Shown one piece after another: positions 49,489 through 58,634 of a DNA stretch of 59,314 nt. Every line of letters starts with the position of its first letter. Within the stretch, counting starts at the first letter, position 1. Location of the stretch: assembly GCA_035936875.1 (NCBI GenBank), contig DASYVQ010000055.1, positions 1 through 59,314 of the forward strand. Reading direction: 5' to 3'. Source of the DNA: Chthoniobacterales bacterium (GTDB lineage: Bacteria; Verrucomicrobiota; Verrucomicrobiia; Chthoniobacterales; UBA10450). Both the position numbers and the translations under genes were made by a program. The notes beneath the pieces are model-generated. The model saw only the letters and a list, made by a program, of their open reading frames with translations. It did not search any database and had not been told where the DNA came from.

Positions 49489-51069
49489 ATGCGCAAACAC
49501 TCGTGGTTCCTCGTGCTGCTGATCGCAATCGGCGCGGTGCGTTTTGCGATCTTGTTCCTGTCGCAAACGCATCTGACCAGCGACGAGGCGGTCCTGGGTC
49601 TGATGGCCAAGCACATTTTCGAAGGACGCTACCTACCCTTTTATCCGTACGGAGTTCCGTACAACGGCTCGGAGGCGTGGGAAGCGTACGTGGCTGTTGT
49701 TCCATTTGCCATTTTCGGCGTCGGCGTCCTGGCGTTAAAAAGTTCCACCGTTGTTCTGTCGCTCGTTTCTCTCGTGCTGTTCTATATGATGGCGGGACGC
49801 TTGCATGGCTACCGCTTGGCCACCCTCGCGGGCTTGATCTTCAGTCTATCGCCATCGCTTCTAAAATGGCATTTCCAGCCAAGAGGTTACGCGTTTTACC
49901 TCCTCGACATTCCGCTCCTCCTACTTCTGTTTCTCATCCTGGATTCGCGGAAGACGCTCCCACGTCTAAGCGCGTTCCTTTTCGGCGTCGTGTCGGGAGT
50001 GAGCGTCTGGTGTTTGGAGCTCATCCTCCCGCTCCTAGCAACGCTTTGGGCGCTGTTCCTTCTGCGCCGGAAGCTGTCGATCAAAAACTTTGCCACGTGC
50101 GTCGCCGGCTTTGTAGTCGGCTACGGGCCCGTGATCTGGTGGAACTTCACTCACTCATTCGCGAACTGGCACTTTCTCTTTTTCGAAAAACCTGAGTCGG
50201 CGGGGCTGGCCGCACGTTTCGGTTTATCCACCTGGCGAGAAATATTTCTGAGTGAAATGCCAAAGTTTTTCAGCGCGGACACTGTCCTTTGGTATTACCC
50301 CGAAACATCGTGGGTCGGATACGTCATGTACGGCGTCTCTATCATCGCGGTCGTCCTGGCGGCGGTAAGCGCGCTGCGGTGGAAACAGATTCGCAATGCG
50401 TTGAATTCCGGCTTCACCGCAAGTGAGACGAACAAAGATCTGCTGATGCTTGTCCTGACTGCCGCGAGTTTCGTCCCCTACGTGATCGCACCGTTGCGCG
50501 TGCCCGGCTATTTCCTCGCCGGTTGGTTTTTTCTTGCGGTCTTGATCGCGCGTTTAATCCAGCGCTGTTTTGGCTGCGCAAATCGATTCGCCCGTGTCGC
50601 CGGCGCGGTCATCCTCCTGGCGATTATTACCTGCGGACTAGAGGCGATGTTTCAAACCGGTGCGCATAATCAAATTGAAACTCTGACACTCTGCCACGGA
50701 CGGCAGGATCATTGCATGACGCGCATTCCCGGGGCGGACATCGATGCGGTGAAAGAAGATCTTCGTCGCAATCATATCGGGACGATCTGGACGTCAATTT
50801 CCTTTACTTATCCGTTTATTTTTGAGAGCGGCGAGACGCTCGTAGCGTCAGAATCTATCTTCGGTGTCGACCGCCCGGTTTATCCGCGGGGAATTCCAAA
50901 ACTGGAACCAAGCAGCGAGGAGCGATCGGTTTTTGTGATCGAGACCGACTCACCTTATCGCGCTGAAATCGAAAGCACCTGCGAACAAAAAGGTGGCGCA
51001 CGGCCTCGAGTTACCGAATACGGAAAGCTAACTGTGATCCAGCAACGTCTCGCGTCCGAGGGGTTTTGA
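49489..51069 (+). CDS. Glycosyltransferase family 39 (ArnT/PMT-like) membrane protein
   Basis: 526 aa and polytopic. The N-terminal SDEAVLGLMAKHI region is typical of ArnT-like enzymes. Confidence 0.7.
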   Translation: MRKHSWFLVLLIAIGAVRFAILFLSQTHLTSDEAVLGLMAKHIFEGRYLPFYPYGVPYNGSEAWEAYVAVVPFAIFGVGVLALKSSTVVLSLVSLVLFYMMAGRLHGYRLATLAGLIFSLSPSLLKWHFQPRGYAFYLLDIPLLLLLFLILDSRKTLPRLSAFLFGVVSGVSVWCLELILPLLATLWALFLLRRKLSIKNFATCVAGFVVGYGPVIWWNFTHSFANWHFLFFEKPESAGLAARFGLSTWREIFLSEMPKFFSADTVLWYYPETSWVGYVMYGVSIIAVVLAAVSALRWKQIRNALNSGFTASETNKDLLMLVLTAASFVPYVIAPLRVPGYFLAGWFFLAVLIARLIQRCFGCANRFARVAGAVILLAIITCGLEAMFQTGAHNQIETLTLCHGRQDHCMTRIPGADIDAVKEDLRRNHIGTIWTSISFTYPFIFESGETLVASESIFGVDRPVYPRGIPKLEPSSEERSVFVIETDSPYRAEIESTCEQKGGARPRVTEYGKLTVIQQRLASEGF

Positions 51070-51143
51070 GACCAACTTGCAGGCTTGGCGCGGTCTAAAT
51101 TGCCTTGCAACTTGGACAAACGGTCTGATGTTCGACCTAACGT

Positions 51144-51470
51144 ATGATCGTGCTCGCGAATCTGCTTAATATTTTCGAGGGGCCGCAGGGAATATTTATC
51201 CTGCTGATTATTTTGCTGCTCTTCGGCGCCAAGAAATTGCCGGAGCTGGCGCGCGGCATGGGCAAGGCGATCAAGGAGTTCCAAAAGGCCAAGGACGAAT
51301 TCGGCGACGAGTTGCACAAGTCGTCAAAGACCGATACGGCCGAATCCAAAGTAAACGTGCAACCGGCGCAATCAACGGTTGCGCGAGCGGAGAATCCGCC
51401 GCCGAGCGGCGCAGTGCGTCCCGACCCAAACCAGACCGTTACACCGGGCGACGAAGCCGACCAGGTCTGA
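51144..51470 (+). CDS. tatA: Twin-arginine translocase TatA/TatE family subunit
   Basis: ILLIILLLFGAKKLPELARGMGKAIKEFQKA. The N-terminus is a few residues longer than usual. Confidence 0.85.
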   Translation: MIVLANLLNIFEGPQGIFILLIILLLFGAKKLPELARGMGKAIKEFQKAKDEFGDELHKSSKTDTAESKVNVQPAQSTVARAENPPPSGAVRPDPNQTVTPGDEADQV

Positions 51471-51572
51471 TTTGATTGACTCGCCTCCCGGCCCGTCTGT
51501 CGATCTGGCATGCAGCACGATCGAATAATGTGATTGACGTGCGCCGCTCGTTACGACAACTTCGCCGCGTTC

Positions 51573-51872
51573 ATGCCCGACCCCGACCTACGAACGCGCA
51601 TTAAAGAGATGCTGGTCAAAAATTTGATGCTGCAAACCACTCCGGAGCAGATCGGGGACGATCTGCCACTGTTTGGCCCGAATGGACTCGGGCTGGATTC
51701 AATCGACGCCCTCGAGCTGGTGGTGAGCATGGAAAAGACGTTCGGCGTGGGCGTGCCCAACTCCGAGGTGGCTGGCAAGGCCCTGCGCACGGTCAACACA
51801 ATCCACGATTATGTTCTCGAAAAACTCGGGAAAGTCAGTCAGACTGGCCAAAAGATCGACAATCGCGCGTGA
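51573..51872 (+). CDS. Acyl carrier protein
   Basis: LGLDSIDALELVVSMEKTFG phosphopantetheine site. Start moved to Met14 of the track ORF. Confidence 0.8.
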   Translation: MPDPDLRTRIKEMLVKNLMLQTTPEQIGDDLPLFGPNGLGLDSIDALELVVSMEKTFGVGVPNSEVAGKALRTVNTIHDYVLEKLGKVSQTGQKIDNRA

Positions 51873-53056
51873 ATTTACTTCATCTCGAGAGCAGTGGCAG
51901 TTGGGGCGGACAGGAGTATCGCACCTGTCTCGAAATCAATTGGCTAAACACTCACGGCCACAACGCCTGGCTCATCTGCGATTCCAAAAGCGAAGTTTTT
52001 CACAAGGCGAAGGAATTGGGAACGCCGGTCATGGCAATGTCATTGCGCGATCGCATCAATCCGCTCGTTTCATTTCGCATCTGGCTCTTCTGCCGCCGAC
52101 ATCAGGTCGACTTGATCAAGACCTACAGCTCGAAGGACCACTGGCTTTGTTTGCCGCTTTTCCTTCTTGGCATGCCGGTCACGCGCGCGCGTTGCATCAC
52201 TGATCCGCTCGGGAAAAAGAACCGCGCTTTCATTTACAAATATGGCTGCGCAAAAATCGTGGCCGATGCGCAGGTCATCAAAAAAGAGTTCATCGAGCAG
52301 CACGGCATCGCGCCCGAAAAGATTGAGGTTATCGGATCCGCCGTCGACCTGACGAAATTTTCGCCCACGCGCGACCCGATGAAATTCCGTCGCGAAGTGG
52401 GCTTGCCCATGGATGCGCCGCTTATCGCCAACATCGGCATGATCCGGCCGGACAAGGGCCAGTTCAATTTGGTCGAAGCCGCGCGGATGGTTCTACTGCA
52501 ACGACCCGATGTGCGTTTTGTTTTCGTGGGAGAAGCCACCGGTGGCGGCAGCGGAGAAAAATGGGTCCGCCGCGCAATCGATCGCGCTGGTCTGAAAAAT
52601 AACATTCTCATGACCGGATACCGCTGGGACACGCCCGACATTCTGGCGGCGGCGAACATGGTCGTGATCGCATCTTTGCACACCGAAGCATCCCCCATCG
52701 TGCTACGGGAAGCGTTCGCCAGCGGCCGCCCTGTTGTTGCAACCAGAGTCGGCGATGTGCCGGAAATTATTACTCACGGTGAAAATGGATTGGTTGTTCA
52801 GCCGAACGACAGCAACGCCCTCGCCACTTCCATTCTTTTGTTTCTCTCTGATGAAAAACTCGCGGCGCGCTGTGCCGCCAATGGATTGCAATACGCCCGC
52901 GAGCATTTCTGCTTCAACCGAATGATGGAAGCGAAACTCGATGTTGATCTCGCCTTGGCCAAACCGAAGAGGTCGCGTCGGGCTTTCGTTCCCGACGACG
53001 GTGCGCCGGCTTCACTCGCGCCGGTCAGCACCGCAGAGTTCGTTTCATCCGATTGA
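51869..53056 (+). CDS. Glycosyltransferase family 4 (GT-B)
   Basis: 395 aa with a GTG start overlapping the ACP stop. The C-terminal EASPIVLREAFASGRPVVATRVGDVPEII is an E(x7)E-type motif. Confidence 0.8.
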   Translation: MNLLHLESSGSWGGQEYRTCLEINWLNTHGHNAWLICDSKSEVFHKAKELGTPVMAMSLRDRINPLVSFRIWLFCRRHQVDLIKTYSSKDHWLCLPLFLLGMPVTRARCITDPLGKKNRAFIYKYGCAKIVADAQVIKKEFIEQHGIAPEKIEVIGSAVDLTKFSPTRDPMKFRREVGLPMDAPLIANIGMIRPDKGQFNLVEAARMVLLQRPDVRFVFVGEATGGGSGEKWVRRAIDRAGLKNNILMTGYRWDTPDILAAANMVVIASLHTEASPIVLREAFASGRPVVATRVGDVPEIITHGENGLVVQPNDSNALATSILLFLSDEKLAARCAANGLQYAREHFCFNRMMEAKLDVDLALAKPKRSRRAFVPDDGAPASLAPVSTAEFVSSD

Positions 53057-54151
53057 CGACGCGTTAATCGCGTCGATCAACTGGCGGAAACGGCCGAAGC
53101 TGCGGCGATAGGGTGTGAGGATCACTCGCGGCAAATCCCAAATCTCAGGTTCGTTTTTCTCCTGACGCAGCGCGCTGCCCTGCACAATCTCCCCTTCCCG
53201 CACGATGTCAGCGAAATCTTTGTTAAGATCGACAACTGCGCCGTTCGACAAGCGCTGGCAAATGCGAATGACCAGCTGCTCCCCCACCCAGCGGGCCGAG
53301 TGGTAGAGCTTGTAAAACTGCAAGATCTCGTCCACGGCCTCTTTCGTGCTGTGGGCGATCTTGAAGAAATAGAAATCTTCCGGCGAAACAAAACCGATCT
53401 TGAACAAGTGCTCGGTTAGAAATTTCATCCACGTTTCCCAATAAATTCCGTCCGGCCTATCGAGTAAAACCACCGGAATGATTCGCGACTTCCCTGTCTG
53501 CATGAGCGTAAGAACCTCGAAACATTCATCCATCGTTCCAAAGCCGCCGGGGAAAAGCGCAAAGGCGTGCGTCTCTTTCACGAAGTTCAATTTTCGGGTG
53601 AAGAAGTAATTGAAATTGATCAGCTTCGGATCGCCTTCGATGATGACATTGGCGCGCTGCTCAAAGGGCAATCGAATGTTCAGCCCAAAACTGTGCTCGG
53701 CGCCGGCGCCGCGTTGCGCCGCGCCCATGATCCCGTCGCCACCGCCGGTGATGACCATGTAATTGTGCGCCACCATTTCGCGGGCAAAATCTTCGGCCAC
53801 TTGAGACTCCGACGCGTCGGGCGGAATTCGCGCAGACCCGAAGACGACGACTTTTCGGAAATGCGAATAGGGCGCGAAAACTTTCGCCGCGTAGCGCAGT
53901 TCTTTGAGCGACCGATTAATCAACTTGAGATCGGCCACGCCCATTTTGTCGCGCGCGATTTTCAGCGCGGTCACGATCATTTCTTCTATGAGCTCGGGCG
54001 ATTTCTCCGCGCCCCAATCACGAACTAGTTCTTGAACGCGCGCGTCAAAAGGCGGATCGACGCTCCATTGCCGGCGCGTCGGTTGATTGTGTGTCGTGCC
54101 TCCGGTGAAATCTTCCACGGCGAACTGTAGAGGCAGCCGTGCCGGCTGCAA
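53045..54151 (-). CDS. LOG family (TIGR00730/PpnN-like) nucleotide 5'-monophosphate nucleosidase
   Basis: VVVFGSAR...ITGGGDGIMGAA...PGGFGTMDE with extra N- and C-terminal domains. The TTG start lies in a REP-like hairpin; an alternative GTG is at 54118. Confidence 0.75.
   Translation of the reverse strand: MQPARLPLQFAVEDFTGGTTHNQPTRRQWSVDPPFDARVQELVRDWGAEKSPELIEEMIVTALKIARDKMGVADLKLINRSLKELRYAAKVFAPYSHFRKVVVFGSARIPPDASESQVAEDFAREMVAHNYMVITGGGDGIMGAAQRGAGAEHSFGLNIRLPFEQRANVIIEGDPKLINFNYFFTRKLNFVKETHAFALFPGGFGTMDECFEVLTLMQTGKSRIIPVVLLDRPDGIYWETWMKFLTEHLFKIGFVSPEDFYFFKIAHSTKEAVDEILQFYKLYHSARWVGEQLVIRICQRLSNGAVVDLNKDFADIVREGEIVQGSALRQEKNEPEIWDLPRVILTPYRRSFGRFRQLIDAINASSIG
54127..54149 (+). repeat. 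Single REP-like unit (GTAG + 7-bp hairpin)
   Basis: GTAG-AG-GCAGCCG-TGC-CGGCTGC. Confidence 0.5.
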
Positions 54152-54157
54152 TTCCCT

Positions 54158-55087
54158 TTACGATGCGGCCGACACGTCCGATTGCACTAGAATCAAGTCG
54201 GCGAGAATTTCCCGCGTGTATCGGATCGGCAAGGAGTAGTGGCCCGCGTTTTCGACAAAACGCGCATGGCAATTCGGCAACCGCCCGGCCAATTCTTCTG
54301 CGATGCGAACCGAAAAAGCCCGGTCCTGTTTTCCATGCCAGAGTCGAACCGGAACATCGACATCTTCCAATCGAAAGCCCCACGGTCTTGCATAAATCTC
54401 GGCATCCGCCAGGACCCCATCTGCCGAGGCACGCCAGGCTTGCCTCTGACTTTCGAAACACGCTTCAAACGCGGCGGAATCGCGCAGACTTTCCGCATCG
54501 CATGGCTGCAAGCGCAAGGCTTTCAAAACCAAGGGTCGCATGCGCCGCGGCGGCCGCAGAGATAGAAACGGCCGGGCCAGGCGAAAACAATATCGAGAGA
54601 ATCGGGGATATTTTTGATGGCAATGAAGCATCAATCGATACAGTCCGAGCAGACCTTGTCGATCTTCCAATTCTGCAATCGGCGGCGCGCCGCTTGCGAT
54701 CGCGACTGCGCGCACTCGCTCCGGCATCGCGGCGGCAACAGCGTAGGCATAAGGTGCGCCCCCCGAAATCGCAAAGATATGGAACCGCTCAATTCCGAGA
54801 TAATTCGCCAGTTGTTCCAAATCGCGCGGCCAATCGATCAACTTGCGATTCGGCTGAAAAGTTGACTCGCGGATTCCAGGGCGATCCGGCGAAATAATCC
54901 GGACGCCGAGTTCGCGCGCCGCCGCATCGGTTAGTTCGGCCATTGTCCGCGAGCTTGGCCAACCATGAAAAAAGAAGACCGGAACTCCTCCGCGATCGCC
55001 ATACTCAGCAAAGGCGAGAGATGCGCCGTTTTCTAAGGCAATGAGTGTGGCGCCGCGTTTCTGCATGGGTTGAACTACTCTTTCCAT
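54158..55087 (-). CDS. Alpha/beta hydrolase
   Basis: VFFFHGWPSS and nucleophile elbow FAISGGA. Start uncertain (track start 55150; MERVVQP chosen). Confidence 0.75.
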   Translation of the reverse strand: MERVVQPMQKRGATLIALENGASLAFAEYGDRGGVPVFFFHGWPSSRTMAELTDAAARELGVRIISPDRPGIRESTFQPNRKLIDWPRDLEQLANYLGIERFHIFAISGGAPYAYAVAAAMPERVRAVAIASGAPPIAELEDRQGLLGLYRLMLHCHQKYPRFSRYCFRLARPFLSLRPPRRMRPLVLKALRLQPCDAESLRDSAAFEACFESQRQAWRASADGVLADAEIYARPWGFRLEDVDVPVRLWHGKQDRAFSVRIAEELAGRLPNCHARFVENAGHYSLPIRYTREILADLILVQSDVSAAS

Positions 55088-55179
55088 GAAAGCCCTTCGA
55101 CTAAAATGGGACTTTCCGGCACTGACACTGCGCTGTATCTTTTTGTACACACAACAGTTTCGGTTTTCGTATTAATCGT

Positions 55180-55581
55180 ATGAGCGAACAATCACAACCA
55201 GGCGGCGGCAAAATAACTCTGCATGGGAACGGAATGGGCGTGCCGTCCCCCGAGGAAGTGGAAAAGCGTGCCCGCGAGATCGCGATGATCGACGAGCGAA
55301 ACGCGGACAAATTTACCGATGCCGACTGGAACCAGGCGCGCGAGGAATTAATGGGGCGTCTCGAAATTCCGCCTCCGCCAGAGGAAACCAAGCAAACTGC
55401 GGAGCTGACTGATGATTGGTACGTCGCTGCGCCTTCACGAGGACATCGCGCCCCTCGTTCCGGATTGGATGAGGAGGAAGAAACGGTCGGGGAGCAGCTG
55501 GTCACAGATGGCGTCGAGGAGGCCACGCACGATCAAATGCTCGAAGCGCGCAAAGAAGCACTCGAGCAGGAGGGTGAGTAG
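55180..55581 (+). CDS. Acidic small protein, DUF2934-like
   Basis: EEVEKRAREIAMIDERNADKFTDADWNQAREEL resembles the DUF2934 core. The stop abuts the egtB start. Confidence 0.45.
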   Translation: MSEQSQPGGGKITLHGNGMGVPSPEEVEKRAREIAMIDERNADKFTDADWNQAREELMGRLEIPPPPEETKQTAELTDDWYVAAPSRGHRAPRSGLDEEEETVGEQLVTDGVEEATHDQMLEARKEALEQEGE

Positions 55582-56913
55582 TTGAGTCCGTCCGCGGCCG
55601 CGACAGTTGACAGGGCTGCGTCCGCGCCTCCGCGCTCCCGCTCAGGTTTATCGCCCGCGCAAAGCCTGCTCGCCCGCTTTCACGAAGTCCGCAATTCCAC
55701 CGACCTGCTTTCCGCCGATCTCGCGCCGGAAGACTGCGTCGTTCAATCGATGCCGGAAGTCAGTCCCACCAAATGGCACCTCGCGCACACCACCTGGTTT
55801 TTTGAGACGTTCATCTTAAAAAAATGGATGCCCGGTTATCAACCCGAGGTTCCCCAGTACGGATATCTATTTAATTCCTATTACAATTCGGCCGGCGACA
55901 TGCACCGGCGAGATCTTCGCGGGTTGATTTCGCGCCCGACGGTTGATGAAACGAGAAAATATCGTTCGTCGATCGATTCGTACATCGACAATCTGATTTC
56001 CGGCGCGGACGAAAGACTTTTCCGCGAAATTGAGCCGATTCTGATACTTGGCATTCATCACGAACAACAGCATCAGGAATTGCTCGTAACCGACATCAAA
56101 CACGTCTTCGCGCAGAATCCTCTCTACCCCGTCTTTCGCGACCGCAAGATCGACATCGAATCTCGAGATATCGCGACAGCACACTTCGCTGAGTTCAACG
56201 AAGCCATTGTGGAGATCGGTCACCACGGCTCCGGATTTTCCTACGACAACGAATGCCCGCGTCACCGCGCTTTGGTGTTGCCGTTTTCTCTCGCATCGCG
56301 GCCGGTAACGAACGGCGAATATCTCGAATTCATAGGTGACGGCGGTTACGCGCGGCCGGAGTTTTGGCTCTCGTTAGGCTGGACAACGGTAAACGAGCAA
56401 CGCTGGCAAACGCCGCTTTATTGGACGAAGCGGGATGACGCCTGGTGGAATTTTACTCTTTCAGGTTTTCGTCCCGTCGATGAAAACGAGCCGGTCACGC
56501 ATATCAGTTACTTCGAAGCCGACGCGTATGCGAACTGGAAGGGCGCGCGCCTGCCGACCGAATTTGAGTGGGAACGTGCCGCTGCCGATGTTCCGATCGA
56601 CGGAAACTTTGTTGAGAGCCAACGATTCCATCCCCAAGCTTTAGACGCCGCGTCACAAGATCGACATCTTGCGCAAATGTTCGGCGATGTGTGGGAATGG
56701 ACGCGCAGCGCCTACTCGCCTTACCCAGGCTACCACGCTGGACGGGGAGCGCTCGGCGAATACAACGGTAAGTTCATGTGCAACCAATACGTTTTGCGCG
56801 GCGGTTCCTGCGCGACCTCCCGCACGCACATTCGCAAGACTTACCGCAATTTCTTTCAACCCGACAAGCGCTGGCAGTTCACCGGGATTCGACTCGCACG
56901 CGATCCACAATGA
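55582..56913 (+). CDS. egtB: Ergothioneine biosynthesis sulfoxide synthase EgtB
   Basis: DinB-like N-domain (KWHLAHTTWFFETF, GIHHEQQHQELL) plus FGE-sulfatase-like C-domain (GDVWEWT, RGGS). TTG start. Confidence 0.88.
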   Translation: MSPSAAATVDRAASAPPRSRSGLSPAQSLLARFHEVRNSTDLLSADLAPEDCVVQSMPEVSPTKWHLAHTTWFFETFILKKWMPGYQPEVPQYGYLFNSYYNSAGDMHRRDLRGLISRPTVDETRKYRSSIDSYIDNLISGADERLFREIEPILILGIHHEQQHQELLVTDIKHVFAQNPLYPVFRDRKIDIESRDIATAHFAEFNEAIVEIGHHGSGFSYDNECPRHRALVLPFSLASRPVTNGEYLEFIGDGGYARPEFWLSLGWTTVNEQRWQTPLYWTKRDDAWWNFTLSGFRPVDENEPVTHISYFEADAYANWKGARLPTEFEWERAAADVPIDGNFVESQRFHPQALDAASQDRHLAQMFGDVWEWTRSAYSPYPGYHAGRGALGEYNGKFMCNQYVLRGGSCATSRTHIRKTYRNFFQPDKRWQFTGIRLARDPQ

Positions 56914-57884
56914 TCCGCCAATCCGGCGCCGTCGCCGTGCTCGACCGCGAGCCGGCCAGTTCTGACTTCCTTTCGGAAGTCATTGCCGGACTTTCTAGCG
57001 AGCCGCGCACGCTGCCGTGCAAATATTTTTACGACGCAACCGGCGCGGCGCTGTTTCAAAAAATCTGCGAGCTGCCCGAATATTACATCACTCGAACTGA
57101 GACGGCGATTCTACGGCTTCACGCTCGTGAAATGGCGCAATGCATTGGCACGCGTTGCGAGCTGATTGGCCTTGGCACCGGCGCCGGAACAAAAACGCGC
57201 ATTCTTCTGGAGGAGTTGGAAGCGCCAGCCGTTTACATGCCGGTCGACATTTCAAAGGAGCAGCTGGAAAGATCGACTGCGCTATTTCGGAAAATTTTCC
57301 CGGGCCTCGAAATACTCCCTGTCTGCGCCGATTATCTGGAACCGTTTACTTTGCCTTCACCATCGCAGAAGCCGGCTCGCAAGGTCGTCTACTTTCCCGG
57401 ATCGACGATTGGCAACTTCGAGCCGGAGTCGGCGATGCAATTTCTGCGGCGCATTGCTAATTACTGCGGAACCGACGGCGGACTTTTGATCGGTGTCGAC
57501 TTACAGAAAGATAGACATGTTCTCGAACGCGCTTACAACGACAGCGCCGGCGTGACCGCGCAGTTTAATTTGAACTTGCTCACCCGCGCCAACCGCGAAC
57601 TGAGCGCCAACTTTGATCTAACCCAATGGCGACATCAGGCCATTTACAATCCGACTCAGGGCAGGATCGAGATCTACGTGGTTAGCGAAGTCGACCAGAC
57701 CGTCCGCATCCAGGATCGGCAATTCGATTTTCGAGCGGGCGAGAAGATCACCACTGAATATTCGTATAAACACACGCCGGAAGGTTTTATCGAGCTTGCG
57801 CGAAATGCCGCGTTCGATTTTGTCCAGATGTGGACCGACGACGCGCGCTTGTTTGGCGTTTTCTATTTCACCGTGGCACAATAG
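56910..57884 (+). CDS. egtD: L-histidine N-alpha-methyltransferase EgtD
   Basis: LPCKYFYDATGAALFQKICELPEYYITRTE. ATGA overlap with egtB. Start moved to Met45 of the track ORF. Confidence 0.88.
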   Translation: MIRQSGAVAVLDREPASSDFLSEVIAGLSSEPRTLPCKYFYDATGAALFQKICELPEYYITRTETAILRLHAREMAQCIGTRCELIGLGTGAGTKTRILLEELEAPAVYMPVDISKEQLERSTALFRKIFPGLEILPVCADYLEPFTLPSPSQKPARKVVYFPGSTIGNFEPESAMQFLRRIANYCGTDGGLLIGVDLQKDRHVLERAYNDSAGVTAQFNLNLLTRANRELSANFDLTQWRHQAIYNPTQGRIEIYVVSEVDQTVRIQDRQFDFRAGEKITTEYSYKHTPEGFIELARNAAFDFVQMWTDDARLFGVFYFTVAQ

Positions 57885-57890
57885 CCGCCG

Positions 57891-58634
57891 GTGGATGCGC
57901 TGGTTCAACTTGTCGATATCAGCAAACGTTACGGCGACGCGCCGGCGCTGCAGCCAACAAATCTCTCCATTGAGCGGGGCAAGACGACCGTTCTAATCGG
58001 ACCGAGCGGTTGCGGCAAATCGACTCTCCTTCGTCTCGTCATCCGGTTGATCGAGCCCGATTCCGGCAGCATCAGTTTCGACGACGCAAAGATCGCACCG
58101 GACAACATCGACATGTTGCGACGCCGGATCGGTTACGTCATTCAGGAAGGCGGTCTCTTCCCCCATCTCACTGCGCGCGCAAACATTTTGCTCCTGCCGC
58201 GGCATCTCGGAAAACCTGAAACTGAAATGAAGCCGCGAGTCGCGGACCTGTGCGAGTTGACCAGATTCCCGGAAAATTTGCTCGTTCGATATCCAGTCGA
58301 GCTTTCCGGCGGGCAACGTCAGCGCGTCAGCTTGATGAGGGCGCTCATTCTTTCGCCGGAACTGCTGCTGCTCGACGAGCCGCTCGGCGCGCTCGACCCG
58401 CTTGTGCGCGCGTCGCTGCAAAAAGATTTGAAAGACATCTTCGGACGCCTCAAACAAACCGCTCTCCTGGTCACGCACGATCTGGCAGAAGCCGCTTACC
58501 TCGGCGACAAGATCGTGCTCATGAATGAAGGCCGGGTGGTGCAGCAAGGGTCGATTGTCGATCTTCGGGAAAAGCCGGCGAACAATTTCGTTTCCGAATT
58601 CATCAACGCGCAGCGTGCACTCGTCCTGGCATGA
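57891..58634 (+). CDS. ABC transporter ATP-binding protein (OpuC/ProV-like, no CBS domains)
   Basis: Walker A GPSGCGKST, signature LSGGQRQR, and Walker B LLLLDEP. Confidence 0.9.
   Translation: MDALVQLVDISKRYGDAPALQPTNLSIERGKTTVLIGPSGCGKSTLLRLVIRLIEPDSGSISFDDAKIAPDNIDMLRRRIGYVIQEGGLFPHLTARANILLLPRHLGKPETEMKPRVADLCELTRFPENLLVRYPVELSGGQRQRVSLMRALILSPELLLLDEPLGALDPLVRASLQKDLKDIFGRLKQTALLVTHDLAEAAYLGDKIVLMNEGRVVQQGSIVDLREKPANNFVSEFINAQRALVLA

Noticed and set aside
49166-49705. 179-aa minus-strand ORF spanning the inverted-repeat element
   Set aside because: It overlaps the methyltransferase 3' end, the repeat element and the GT39 start. The HPERSEGSHGS segment is just the repeat arm translated.
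54139-54897. 252-aa plus-strand ORF
   Set aside because: It is antisense to the alpha/beta hydrolase gene and has Arg/Pro/Ala-rich shadow-frame composition.
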